From contig CAXXVO010000008.1 of the NCBI GenBank assembly GCA_963422645.2, positions 576,001 to 640,000 of the forward strand: a DNA stretch of 64,000 nucleotides, in the 5' to 3' direction. Positions 10,022-19,540 of the stretch are shown here, in pieces. Under the pieces are notes generated by a model. It did no database searches. It saw only the letters and a program-made list of their open reading frames with translations, and was not told the DNA's origin. Positions within the stretch are counted from its first letter, which is position 1; every line of letters starts with the position of its first letter. This stretch comes from Alphaproteobacteria bacterium (GTDB lineage Bacteria > Pseudomonadota > Alphaproteobacteria > UBA828). The translations under genes were made by a program, and so were the position numbers.

Positions 10022-11008
10022 ATGGGCACGATGATCGACGGCGAGTGGCACAAGGAGGACAACAGGACCCAGAGCGACGGGCGCTTCGTTCGCGCCACAA
10101 CCTCCTTCCGCGATACCGTCACTGCCGATGGCTCCTCCGGTTTCAAGGCCGAGCCGGGGCGCTACCACCTCTATGTCTCCCACGCCTGCCCCTGGGCGCA
10201 CCGGACGACGATTCTGCGCGCGTTGCGCAAGCTGGAGGACGTGATCTCGGTCTCGGTGGTGGAGCCCTTCATGGGCGACGACGGCTGGCACTTCAGCGAT
10301 GGTCCCGGCTGCATTCCCGACACGGTCAACGGCACCCGCTTTCTGCGAGAGGTCTACAAGCTCGCACGGGACGACTACACCGGGCGGGTCTCGGTGCCGG
10401 TGCTCTGGGACAAGAAGGAGAAGACCATCGTCAACAACGAGTCAGCCGAGATAATCCGCATGTTGAATAGGGCGTTCAACGCGTGGGGCGACGGCGAGCT
10501 GGACTTCTACCCGGCGGCGTTGAGAGACGAGATCGAGGCGGTCAACGAGCCGATCTACGAGCACGTCAACAATGGCGTCTACAAGACCGGCTTCGCCCGG
10601 TCGCAGGCGTCCTACGAGGATGCCTTCGATGCGTTGTTCGCGACCCTGGACGCGCTTGAGGCGAGACTGGACACACAGCGCTACCTGGCGGGCGCGTGCA
10701 TCACCGAGGCTGATTGGCGGCTCTTCCCAACCCTGGTGCGCTTCGATGCGGTCTATGTCGGGCACTTCAAGTGCAACGGACGGCGGATCGAGGACTATCC
10801 CAATCTGAGCAACTACCTGCGGGAGCTCTACCAGTACCCGGGAGTCGCGGACACGGTGAACATGGCCCACATCAAGGGGCACTATTACGGGAGCCACGTA
10901 AGCGTCAATCCCTCCCGCATCGTGCCCAAGGGGCCGGTGCTCGACTTCACGCGACTTCACGATCGAGATCGCTTTCCCTGCTCGCCGGCGCGCGCGACCA
11001 GCCACTAG
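10022..11008 (+). CDS. Glutathionyl-hydroquinone reductase (GST omega/YqjG-like)
   Basis: RYHLYVSHACPWAHR, TIVNNESAEI, NNGVYKTGFA, LVRFDAVY. Confidence 0.92.
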   Translation: MGTMIDGEWHKEDNRTQSDGRFVRATTSFRDTVTADGSSGFKAEPGRYHLYVSHACPWAHRTTILRALRKLEDVISVSVVEPFMGDDGWHFSDGPGCIPDTVNGTRFLREVYKLARDDYTGRVSVPVLWDKKEKTIVNNESAEIIRMLNRAFNAWGDGELDFYPAALRDEIEAVNEPIYEHVNNGVYKTGFARSQASYEDAFDALFATLDALEARLDTQRYLAGACITEADWRLFPTLVRFDAVYVGHFKCNGRRIEDYPNLSNYLRELYQYPGVADTVNMAHIKGHYYGSHVSVNPSRIVPKGPVLDFTRLHDRDRFPCSPARATSH

Positions 11009-12625
11009 CCCCAATTATTCACGGCGTGTCTGATTTTGGGGTGGCGGACGTAGCGTAAGCCGTTGCCATCGGGTAGGAATTCGTTGTCCGAGCGTCTTCC
11101 TCTCCGAACAACGAAAACGCCACGCCCGCCATGACCGACGATAGCCTTCTCCCCTTCGATCTGCCAAGCGTCCAACGCAAGAAGGTGAGTGCCGCCTTCG
11201 ATGGTGGCCTGATCTCGTCTGACGGCGGCCTCGTCCTGTTGCGCGGGGCGGAGCGCCGCTTGCGCCTCGCCGAGACCCTGGCAGGCTGCATCCGCGACCG
11301 GCGCAATCAGGCGCAGGTGGTCCACTCGCTCTCGGCCATGCTGCGCTTTCGCATGCTGGCGATCGCCTGCGGTTACGAGGATGCCGACGACTGCGACGCG
11401 CTCCGCACGGACCCCCTGTTCAAGCTCGCCGCGGGCCAGGCGCCGGAGAGCGGGGGCGCGCTCTGCTCGCAGCCGACCATGAGCCGCCTGGAGAACGCAC
11501 CGTCCCGCATCGAGGTGGCGCGCATGACGGCGGCGCTGGTCGATCTCTTCTGCCGCTCCTTTCCCGCCCCTCCCGCCGCCATCACCCTGGATATCGACGA
11601 CACCTGCGATGCCGTGCACGGCCACCAGCAGCTCTCGCTCTTCCACGCCCATTACGACACGCGCTGCTTTCTCCCCGTCCACGTCTACCATGTGGAGAGC
11701 GGCAAGCCGGTGGCGGTCCTCCTGCGCCCGGGAAAGACGCCGTCCGGGCCTGAGGTCCGCACCCTGCTGAAGCATCTGGTCCGCCGTATACGCCGCCACT
11801 GGCCCCGCACCCGGCTCACCTTCCGCGGAGATTCCCACTACGGCCGCCCGCAGGCCATGGCCTGGTGCGAGGAGAACGGCGTCGACTACATCTTCGGCCT
11901 CGCGGGCAATCGCGCGCTGCATGCCCTCGCCTACGAGGTGGCCGACGACCTCAAGGTGCGCCGCGCCGAGGCCGGCGCAGACAGGATGCGCAGCTTCGCC
12001 GCCTTCGCCTACGCCGCCCGCTCCTGGGGCCGCGAACGCCGGGTCGTCGCCAGGCTAGAGGCGAGCACGCGCGGCTTCGACGCCCGCTATATCGTCACCT
12101 CGCTCAGCGGCGAGCCCCGCCATCTCTACGAAGTCCTCTACTGCGCCCGCGGCCAGGCCGAGAACCTGATCAAGCTGCACAAGGGCCAGCTCGCCTCGGA
12201 CCGGACCTCTTGCCAAAGCCCGCTCGCCAACCAGCTCAGGCTGGTCCTGCACACCGGCGCCTACTGGCTCATGCTCGCCCTGCGCGACGCCATTCCCCGT
12301 GCTGCGCCGCTCGCCCGCGCCGAGTTCGCCACTCTCAGGCTGCGCCTGCTCAAGATCGGTGCCCGCGTCATCGAAAAGGCCGCCCGCATCCGTATCCACT
12401 TCTCCTCTGCCTGCCCGGACGCCGCCCTCTTCCGCCTGCTCGCAGGGCGCCTCGCAGCAGCAGGCCCCTGACCGCCGGGGCGCCGTGCCCCGTAAACCCG
12501 AACTCCCCCTCAACCCCCAACGCCTGTCACAACAAAGCTCGAAACCGGATGCCTATGGCGTCAGGGGGAAAGCTCACGCCGTGCCATCGTGACCTCCAAA
12601 GGCAACGCAGGATGAATAGGTCAGG
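11009..12625 (+). mobile_element. IS1380-family insertion sequence
   Basis: Imperfect IRs CCCCAATTATTCA / TGAATAGGTCAGG; 4-bp CTAG duplication at 11005-11008 and 12626-12629. Confidence 0.9.
11131..12471 (+). CDS. IS1380-family transposase
   Basis: FDGGLISSDGG, GYEDADD, SQPTMSRLEN, LDIDDT, RGDS, YCARGQAENLIK. Confidence 0.93.
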   Translation: MTDDSLLPFDLPSVQRKKVSAAFDGGLISSDGGLVLLRGAERRLRLAETLAGCIRDRRNQAQVVHSLSAMLRFRMLAIACGYEDADDCDALRTDPLFKLAAGQAPESGGALCSQPTMSRLENAPSRIEVARMTAALVDLFCRSFPAPPAAITLDIDDTCDAVHGHQQLSLFHAHYDTRCFLPVHVYHVESGKPVAVLLRPGKTPSGPEVRTLLKHLVRRIRRHWPRTRLTFRGDSHYGRPQAMAWCEENGVDYIFGLAGNRALHALAYEVADDLKVRRAEAGADRMRSFAAFAYAARSWGRERRVVARLEASTRGFDARYIVTSLSGEPRHLYEVLYCARGQAENLIKLHKGQLASDRTSCQSPLANQLRLVLHTGAYWLMLALRDAIPRAAPLARAEFATLRLRLLKIGARVIEKAARIRIHFSSACPDAALFRLLAGRLAAAGP

Positions 12626-12747
12626 CTAGCCGGGGGCGACACGGCGCGGGGTCGATTGTCCGCAGCGATAGGGGCGCAATATAGTGGTGCCTCGGCGGCA
12701 TCCGGCAGAGTCCTGCCGGCAGGTGCCGCAGGCGGGGGAAACCAGCC

Positions 12748-13065
12748 ATGACGGTCAGCGCCGCGAAATTCGAGGTCGGCCAGGTCGTCCACCACTTGAA
12801 GTTCGGCTATCGCGGCGTGGTGTTCGACGTCGATCCGTGCTTCCAGGGCGCCGAGGAGTGGTACGAGCAGGTGGCGCGCTCACGCCCGCCCAAGGACAAA
12901 CCCTGGTATCACGTCCTGGTTCACGATGCGGCGCACACCACCTACGTCGCCGAGCGCCATCTGGAGCCGGACCCGGAGGGCGGGCCTATCCAGCACCGGC
13001 TGCTGGATCAGCTCTTCGGTCACTTCGAGGACGGTCGCTACCGCACCGCACGCACCATCAATTGA
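12748..13065 (+). CDS. hspQ: Heat shock protein HspQ (YccV-like)
   Basis: KFEVGQVVHHLKFGYRGVVFDVDP, PWYHVLV, TYVAERHL. Confidence 0.88.
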   Translation: MTVSAAKFEVGQVVHHLKFGYRGVVFDVDPCFQGAEEWYEQVARSRPPKDKPWYHVLVHDAAHTTYVAERHLEPDPEGGPIQHRLLDQLFGHFEDGRYRTARTIN

Positions 13066-13208
13066 GATCCAGGCAGGATTATGCTGCGTTGCAGCAACAG
13101 GTTCTCATTACCATTGAGTTTGTTACAATGAGCTGTTGTTGCGACGCAGCATAGCAGGCCGGGGGGCGGCTGCAGGCCGCCCGCAGGGCCTCGCCAGGAG
13201 GCAGCGTC

Positions 13209-14048
13209 ATGGCCAACCGAAGCCCAGTCCGAAGGCTCACCGTCCGCGATATCGCCCGCGCAAAGGGGGGCGAGCCGATCGTGAGCCTAACCGCATACAC
13301 GGCACCCGTCGCCCGCGTTGTCGACGAAGCTTGCGACTTCATTTTGGTGGGCGATTCGCTCGGCATGGTGCTCTACGGGATGGATTCGACGGTCGGAGTC
13401 ACCGTCGACATGATGATCGCCCACGGCCGCGCGGTGGTTCGCGCCACGCGGCGGGCCTGCATCGTCGTGGACCTGCCCTTCGGTTCCTACGAGCAATCGC
13501 CCGCACAGGCCTTCAGCACGGCCGCGCGCATCGTGGCGGAGACCGGCTGCGCGGCGGTCAAGCTGGAGGGCGGAGAGGAGATGGCGGAGACGATCGATTT
13601 CCTCACGGCGCGCGGCGTACCGGTGCTGGGCCATATCGGGCTGATGCCGCAATCGGTCAACGCATCTGGCTTTCAGGTTCAGGGCAGGACGGAGGAAAGC
13701 GCGCGGCGCATCCTTGCCGATGCACGGGCGGTCGAGGCTGCAGGCGCCTTCGGCATCGTGATCGAGAACACGGTCGAGCTGCTTTCGCGCATGCTGACGC
13801 AGGAACTCGCAGTGCCTACCATCGGCATCGGTGCATCGCCGGCCTGCGACGGTCAGATCCTGGTCACCGAAGACATCGTGGGACTCGCCGGCCCCTTCAC
13901 GCCCCGCTTCGTCAAGCGCTACGCAGAACTCGGCGACGGGCTTGCCAGTGCCGTGCAAGACTACGCCGACGACGTACGCGCCCGGCGCTTTCCCGGTCCT
14001 GAGCACACGGCGAACCTGTCAGTGCCCAAGGCGAAATCCGAGGCCTGA
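13209..14048 (+). CDS. panB: 3-methyl-2-oxobutanoate hydroxymethyltransferase
   Basis: [45 protein letters not shown]. Confidence 0.95.
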   Translation: MANRSPVRRLTVRDIARAKGGEPIVSLTAYTAPVARVVDEACDFILVGDSLGMVLYGMDSTVGVTVDMMIAHGRAVVRATRRACIVVDLPFGSYEQSPAQAFSTAARIVAETGCAAVKLEGGEEMAETIDFLTARGVPVLGHIGLMPQSVNASGFQVQGRTEESARRILADARAVEAAGAFGIVIENTVELLSRMLTQELAVPTIGIGASPACDGQILVTEDIVGLAGPFTPRFVKRYAELGDGLASAVQDYADDVRARRFPGPEHTANLSVPKAKSEA

Positions 14049-14158
14049 TGGCCGTGCGCCGATGCCCCTCTCCAAGGACAGGCGCGGCCCCTCAACACCC
14101 GCGCGCCCTCGCGGGGCGCGATGCAGGAGGCCAGCACGCCACATTGCGAACACAAAGA

Positions 14159-16047
14159 GTAACTGCCCAGGTCGTCTGATTTGTCATTTTGGGCCAGTGG
14201 ATTGAGGCGTTTCTCGTTCGGAGTTGGTGGAAAGGGCTTGACGGGAATTTCGGGAAATGACTCAACAACGACATGAGCAATCCCGAGTCGCCGCGCGGCC
14301 CTTCGACGGGAGCAGCGCCCGAAACGCCCGCGCAGAAGATCGCCCGCCTGGAGGAGGAGAACGCCCGGCTTCGGGAGGAAAATGCCTGGCTTCGGCAGCA
14401 GAACGCGCGGCTGGAAGAGCAAGTCGCGCGTCTCGTCGAGCGCATCGAGGAGTTGGAGCGCCGTCTCGGCCTCAACAGCGGCAACAGCGGCAAGCCGCCT
14501 TCGAGCGATGGGCTGAGGAAGCCGAATTCGAAGCGGCGAACCCGAAGCCTGCGCGGCAAATCGGGCCGCAAGCCCGGTGGCCAGCCCGGCCACAAGGGCA
14601 AGACGCTGCGCCGCGCCGATCACCCGGATCGGGTGAAGGATCACGTCCCGGCTTCCTGCAAGGGATGCGGTTCGCCGCTTTCGGACGCGGCCAGGGCGGG
14701 AACGCCCGTCGCCCGCCAGGTGTTCGATCTGCCCGAGCCGAGCCCCCTGGAGGTGACCGAGCACCGGGCGCATGCCAAGTGCTGCGGGCATTGCGGGACG
14801 GTGACCCGGGCGGCGTTCCCCGACGGGGTGTCGGCGCCGGTGCAGTACGGCCCGCGCATTGCCGGGGTGGCGGTCTACCTTCAGCACGCTCACTTCCTGC
14901 CGGAGGATCGGCTGTCGCAGGTGATGGCCGAGCTCTTCGGCGCGCCGGTGACGGCTGCGACGTTGGCGACGATGAGCGAGAGGGCGGCCGAGCGGCTTGC
15001 GGGACGCGGCCTTGCACATACAGGACCTGGCGGCGGGCACGGCGCGGGTGAAACACATGGACGAGACCGGCTTGCGGATCGGCGGTCAGACGCAGTGGCT
15101 TCATGTGATCTGCACGCCGCTGCTGGCGGCGTACCGGGTCAGCGGCAAGCGCGGCGCCCTGCTCTCGGGTGTCTCCGGCATCGTCGTGCACGATCACTGG
15201 AAGCCGTACTTCGCGATGGAAGGGGTGGAGCACGGCCTGTGCAACGCCCATCACCTGCGGGAGTTGCAGGCGCTGGTGGACATCGAAGGGGAGGCTTGGG
15301 CCCGGCGGATGCAGCAGCTCCTGCGCCGAGCCAATCGCGCCGCCCGCATCGCGCTGGACAAGGATATCGCCGTTCCGGCGAGGCTTGTGGCGCTGATCGA
15401 GCGCCGATACGACGAGATCATCGCCGATGCGCTGGCCTTTCACGAGAGCCAACCACCGTTCTCGCCTGGCAAGAGGAAGAAGCGCCGGAAGCGAAGGATC
15501 GGTCACAATCTGGCCTTGAGGCTGCGCGACCACAAATGCGCGGTGCTCCGGTTCCTGATCGACCTCGAGGTCGGGTTCACGAACAACGAGGCCGAGCGCG
15601 ACCTTCGGATGATGAAGCTGCGCCAGAAGATCTCCGGGGGCTTCCGGTCCGCGCAGGGGGCCGAGAACTTCGCCATCCTGCGCAGCGTCATCACCACCGC
15701 CAGAAAGCAGGGCTGGAATATCATCGAAGCCCTGACCAGCCCATCGGATCGGCTCATCGCCACCGTCAAGTGCGCGTAAGCTCACCTGGCACGGGTTCTC
15801 CAACAGCGGAGCCATTCTCATAAACGATCATGGTCGACGCCGTGCTGGACCACCCCATAGAATGAAAATCGGTGCCCGTCGCGCGGGCGGACTTCGGGCC
15901 ACATCGGGGTAGCTTACCGGTCGCAGTCCGCAAGAGGGGCATCGTGAGCTGTGAAACCCGGCGACCACAGAGGAGCACACGGGCGTCGCGTGGGTAGCGT
16001 TGTGCCGAATCCCAGAGAATTTTCACAGCAAGAACCTGGGCAGTTAC
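14159..16047 (+). mobile_element. IS66-family element (single-ORF type)
   Basis: IRs GTAACTGCCCAGGT / ACCTGGGCAGTTAC; 8-bp duplication CACAAAGA at 14151-14158 and 16048-16055. Confidence 0.92.
14273..15779 (+). pseudogene. IS66 transposase TnpC, frameshift near 15000
   Basis: NSGKPPSSD, GGQPGHKG, zinc finger and QYGP in one frame; DETG, HDHW, CNAHHLREL, FTNNEAERDLR in another. Confidence 0.85.
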
Positions 16048-16176
16048 CACAAAGATTTGACAACACGGGCGCAAGCAGAGGATTCATGCTGCACGAGTTC
16101 TGGTGTCCGGCGATTCGCGACGACGCTCTGTCCGTGCGTGCGGATAGCTGATGACACGGATGTAAGGAGACGATCC

Positions 16177-16647
16177 ATGCACAAGTTGAAGTTTGCGGTG
16201 CTCGGCCTGGCAGCGCTGGCGCTTGCCGCCTGCACCGAAACCACAGGTCAAAAGCAGGGCCTCGGCACGCTGCTCGGCGCGGTGGCCGGCGGGGTTGCCG
16301 GCGCGCAGGTCGGCAAGGGCCGCGGCAAGGTGGTCGCCACCGGCGTCGGCGCGGTGCTCGGCGCGCTCATTGGAAGCGAAATCGGCAGATCGCTCGACCG
16401 CGCCGATCAGCTGGCATTGCAGCATACGACTCAGGAGACGTTGGAGACGGCCCCGATCGGCACGACAAGTACGTGGCATAACCCGGATAGCGGCAACAGG
16501 GGCACGGTGACGCCGACCCAGACATACCAGCAGAGCGACGGGCGCTATTGCCGCGAGTTCACCCAGACCGTGACGATCGGCAACCGCACGGAGGAAGCCT
16601 ACGGCACTGCCTGCCGCCAGCCCGACGGCAGCTGGCAGATCATCTAA
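16177..16647 (+). CDS. 17-kDa surface-antigen-type lipoprotein (glycine zipper)
   Basis: RBS AAGGAG; lipobox LAAC; glycine zipper; [29 protein letters not shown]. Confidence 0.88.
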   Translation: MHKLKFAVLGLAALALAACTETTGQKQGLGTLLGAVAGGVAGAQVGKGRGKVVATGVGAVLGALIGSEIGRSLDRADQLALQHTTQETLETAPIGTTSTWHNPDSGNRGTVTPTQTYQQSDGRYCREFTQTVTIGNRTEEAYGTACRQPDGSWQII

Positions 16648-16696
16648 CGCCGGGCCACACGTCTCGGGAGACACCGACCCGAGACGTCGGCGGCAG

Positions 16697-17551
16697 ATGG
16701 CGCCTTGGGTGATCGAGAGCGTCGGCGGCCTGCGCGCAGCCGTCGCTGGGTGGCGTGCCGAAGGTCTGACGGTCGCTCTCGTCCCCACCATGGGGGCGCT
16801 GCACGAGGGCCACATGGCGCTGGTTCGGGCCGCACGCGCCCACGGCGGGCGCACTGTGGTCAGCCTCTTCGTCAACCCGACACAGTTTGCGCCGGACGAG
16901 GATTTTGCCCTCTATCCGCGCAACGCGGACGACGATCTGGCGAAACTCGCCGAGGCCGGGGTTGAAGCAGCGTTCATGCCGCCAACGGACGCGATCTACC
17001 CGCCAGGGTTCGCAACCACGGTGCGCGTGGAGGGCGTCACCGCCGGGCTAGAGAGCGCGTCCCGGCCCCACTTCTTCGACGGTGTCGCCACGGTCGTTAC
17101 CAAGCTCCTGTTGCAGTGCCTGGCCGAAGTCGCGCTCTTCGGGGAGAAGGACTACCAGCAGCTGGTTACGGTGCGTCGCCTGGTTGCCGATCTCGACATC
17201 CCCTGCCGGATCGAGGCGGTGCCCACCGTGCGCGCGGCCGACGGCCTCGCGCTCTCCTCACGAAACGATTATCTCTCTGACGAAGAGCGCCGGATCGCGC
17301 CCCAACTCTTCGAGGTGCTGAGCCGGATGGCGGCGGCATTGAGCGAGGGCACAACGTCGGCTGACTCCATCTCCCGCGGCACCGCCGCGCTCAAGACCGC
17401 AGGCTTTGCTCGGATCGACTATCTTGCGGTCTGCGACGCCGAGACGCTCGCGCCGGTGGAGCGGGTTTCGGCACCAGCCCGCGTGCTTGTTGCCGCGTGG
17501 CTCGGCGAGACACGGCTAATCGATAATGTGCCTGTAAGCCCCGCCGGCTGA
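16697..17551 (+). CDS. panC: Pantoate-beta-alanine ligase
   Basis: VPTMGALHEGH, FVNPTQF, FGEKDYQQ, GLALSSRN, RLIDN. Confidence 0.95.
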   Translation: MAPWVIESVGGLRAAVAGWRAEGLTVALVPTMGALHEGHMALVRAARAHGGRTVVSLFVNPTQFAPDEDFALYPRNADDDLAKLAEAGVEAAFMPPTDAIYPPGFATTVRVEGVTAGLESASRPHFFDGVATVVTKLLLQCLAEVALFGEKDYQQLVTVRRLVADLDIPCRIEAVPTVRAADGLALSSRNDYLSDEERRIAPQLFEVLSRMAAALSEGTTSADSISRGTAALKTAGFARIDYLAVCDAETLAPVERVSAPARVLVAAWLGETRLIDNVPVSPAG

Positions 17552-17578
17552 CGGCGGGTATCAGGGGGGAAGAAGGAA

Positions 17579-17602
17579 GGCGACGAGCCTCGGCTCGTCG
17601 CC
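17579..17602. terminator. Stem-loop between convergent genes
   Basis: GGCGACGAGC-CTCG-GCTCGTCGCC perfect 10-bp stem. Confidence 0.5.
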
Positions 17603-17625
17603 GCGCGAACAGTGAGCTCAGGGCC

Positions 17626-17790
17626 TCAGTGAGAGTCTCTCGCCCCGCCGTCGATCTCGCCGGGGCCATCATCCGTGCCCTCGTGCTGCCGCGCATCGAA
17701 GAGCAGCGTCTTCGCCGACCAGAAGATCCCGATCGACAGGATTAGAGTGGCGAGCGCGACCAGCAGCGGCAGTCCAAGGTCCCAAGGCAT
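17626..17790 (-). CDS. Small single-TM protein (54 aa), not in ORF track
   Basis: MPWDLGLPLLVALATLILSIGIFWSAKTLLFDARQHEGTDDGPGEIDGGARDSH*; hydrophobic helix then acidic tail. Confidence 0.5.
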   Translation of the reverse strand: MPWDLGLPLLVALATLILSIGIFWSAKTLLFDARQHEGTDDGPGEIDGGARDSH

Positions 17791-17889
17791 GGGTTACGAA
17801 GCCCCCAATTGGCGATCCTGCAACGCTGAATAGCCAAGCGCCCCCGCTGCGTCAAGGAAGAGGCTCTATCAAATCCCTCAGGCGCCGCT

Positions 17890-18792
17890 CTACTCCGGTA
17901 CGATCATGGTGCCGGTGCCGTGCTCGGTGAAGAGCTCCAGCAGGATCACGTGCGGCACGCGGCCGTCCAGGATGTGGGCGGCCCCGGTCGAGCGCTCGAT
18001 CGCCGCGAGGCAGGTCTCGAGCTTCGGAATCATGCCGCCGCTGACCGCGCCGCCCGTCAGCATTCGGCGCGCCTCGTCTGTGCTCATCTGGCTGACGAGC
18101 GCGCCGTCGCCGTCGAGCACGCCGGGGACGTCGGTGAGCAACAGCAGCTTGATGGCGGAAAGCGCGGATGCAATGGCACCGGCCGCGGTATCGGCATTGA
18201 TGTTGAAGGTCTCGCCGCCGGCGCCCACACCGATCGGCGCGATGACGGGGATAATGTCAGAGTCGCCCAGATGGCCCAGCAGCCCGACATTGATGCGCTC
18301 CGGCTCGCCGACGAAGCCGAGATCAGCCACGCGCTCGGCGCCGGTCTCGGCATCGCGCACGCGCCGCTTGAGCGGTGTTGCCTCGATCAGTCGGCCGTCC
18401 TTGCCGCTGAGGCCGACCGCCGTGCCGCCCTCTGCGCTGATCGCGCTGACGATCTGCTTGTTAATGGCGCCGGAGAGCACCATCTCGACGACTTCGATCG
18501 CCGCATCATCGGTGACGCGAAGCCCGTCGACGAAGTCGCTCTCGATGCCGAGGCGGGCGAGCATCCTGGCGATCTGCGGGCCGCCGCCGTGGACCACCAC
18601 CGGGTTGATGCCGACCTGCTTCAGCAACACGACGTCGCGCGCGAAGCTCTGGGCGAGCGCCGCATCGCCCATGGCGTGGCCGCCATACTTGATGACCAGG
18701 CTCCGGCCCGCGAAGCGCCGCATATAGGGCAGCGCCTCGGAGATCGTGGCCGCGGTGCGCAGCCAATGCTTGGTGTCGCTGATGCGCTGCAT
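17890..18792 (-). CDS. argB: Acetylglutamate kinase
   Basis: VIKYGGHAM, VVVHGGGPQI, NINADT, GGMIPK. Confidence 0.96.
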   Translation of the reverse strand: MQRISDTKHWLRTAATISEALPYMRRFAGRSLVIKYGGHAMGDAALAQSFARDVVLLKQVGINPVVVHGGGPQIARMLARLGIESDFVDGLRVTDDAAIEVVEMVLSGAINKQIVSAISAEGGTAVGLSGKDGRLIEATPLKRRVRDAETGAERVADLGFVGEPERINVGLLGHLGDSDIIPVIAPIGVGAGGETFNINADTAAGAIASALSAIKLLLLTDVPGVLDGDGALVSQMSTDEARRMLTGGAVSGGMIPKLETCLAAIERSTGAAHILDGRVPHVILLELFTEHGTGTMIVPE

Positions 18793-18853
18793 GGGGGTGC
18801 CCGGTCGGTGGCAGGCGCCGGCGTGCTTCAGGCCGCCGGCCGGCCGCGGATCA

Positions 18854-19540
18854 CTAGCCTATTCTCTCCGCCGTGGCCAGCGCCGCGAGGTGGCTCCTGA
18901 GCGCCGCGATGCCGTCGCCGGCGCGCGCGCTGGTGGCGATCAGCGAAGGATACGCGGCGACGTGGGTGGCGAGCGCCGCCTCAATGGTGGCAATCTGCGC
19001 CGTCAGCGCCTCAGGCGCTAGCTTGTCGCACTTGGTCAGCACCGCGAGGAAGGACACCGCGCTCTGATCGAAGGCGGCCATGACCGGTTCATCGGCCGCG
19101 GTGATGCCGCGCCGCGCGTCGAGCAGCAGGCAGACGCGCTGAAGCGTCGGCCGGCCTCGCAGATAGGCCTCCGCCAGACGGGTCCAGGCCTTGACCTTGG
19201 TCTTGGAGGCTGCGGCGTAGCCGTAGCCTGGCAGGTCGACGAGCGTGAGGCGGCCGTCGAGATCGAAGAAGTTCAGCTCCCGCGTACGCCCCGGCGTGTT
19301 GGAAGTGCGCGCCAGCGCGCGCCTGCCCGTGACCGCGTTGACGAGGCTCGACTTGCCCACGTTGGAACGGCCGGCAAAGGCGATCTCGGGCAGCGCAGGC
19401 GCGGGCATGCCGTCGAGACCGGCGACGCCCGCGACGAAGCGGCAGGGCCGCGCGAACAGCCGGCGGCCGGCCTCTAACGCCGCCTGGCGCGCTTTCGCGT
19501 TCTCTGCCGCCGGGGCCTCGGCCGGTCCTGGTTCGTCCAT
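18854..19540 (-). CDS. engB: Ribosome biogenesis GTPase EngB/YihA
   Basis: AGRSNVGKSS, NTPGRT, DLPGYG, TKCDK. Confidence 0.95.
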   Translation of the reverse strand: MDEPGPAEAPAAENAKARQAALEAGRRLFARPCRFVAGVAGLDGMPAPALPEIAFAGRSNVGKSSLVNAVTGRRALARTSNTPGRTRELNFFDLDGRLTLVDLPGYGYAAASKTKVKAWTRLAEAYLRGRPTLQRVCLLLDARRGITAADEPVMAAFDQSAVSFLAVLTKCDKLAPEALTAQIATIEAALATHVAAYPSLIATSARAGDGIAALRSHLAALATAERIG

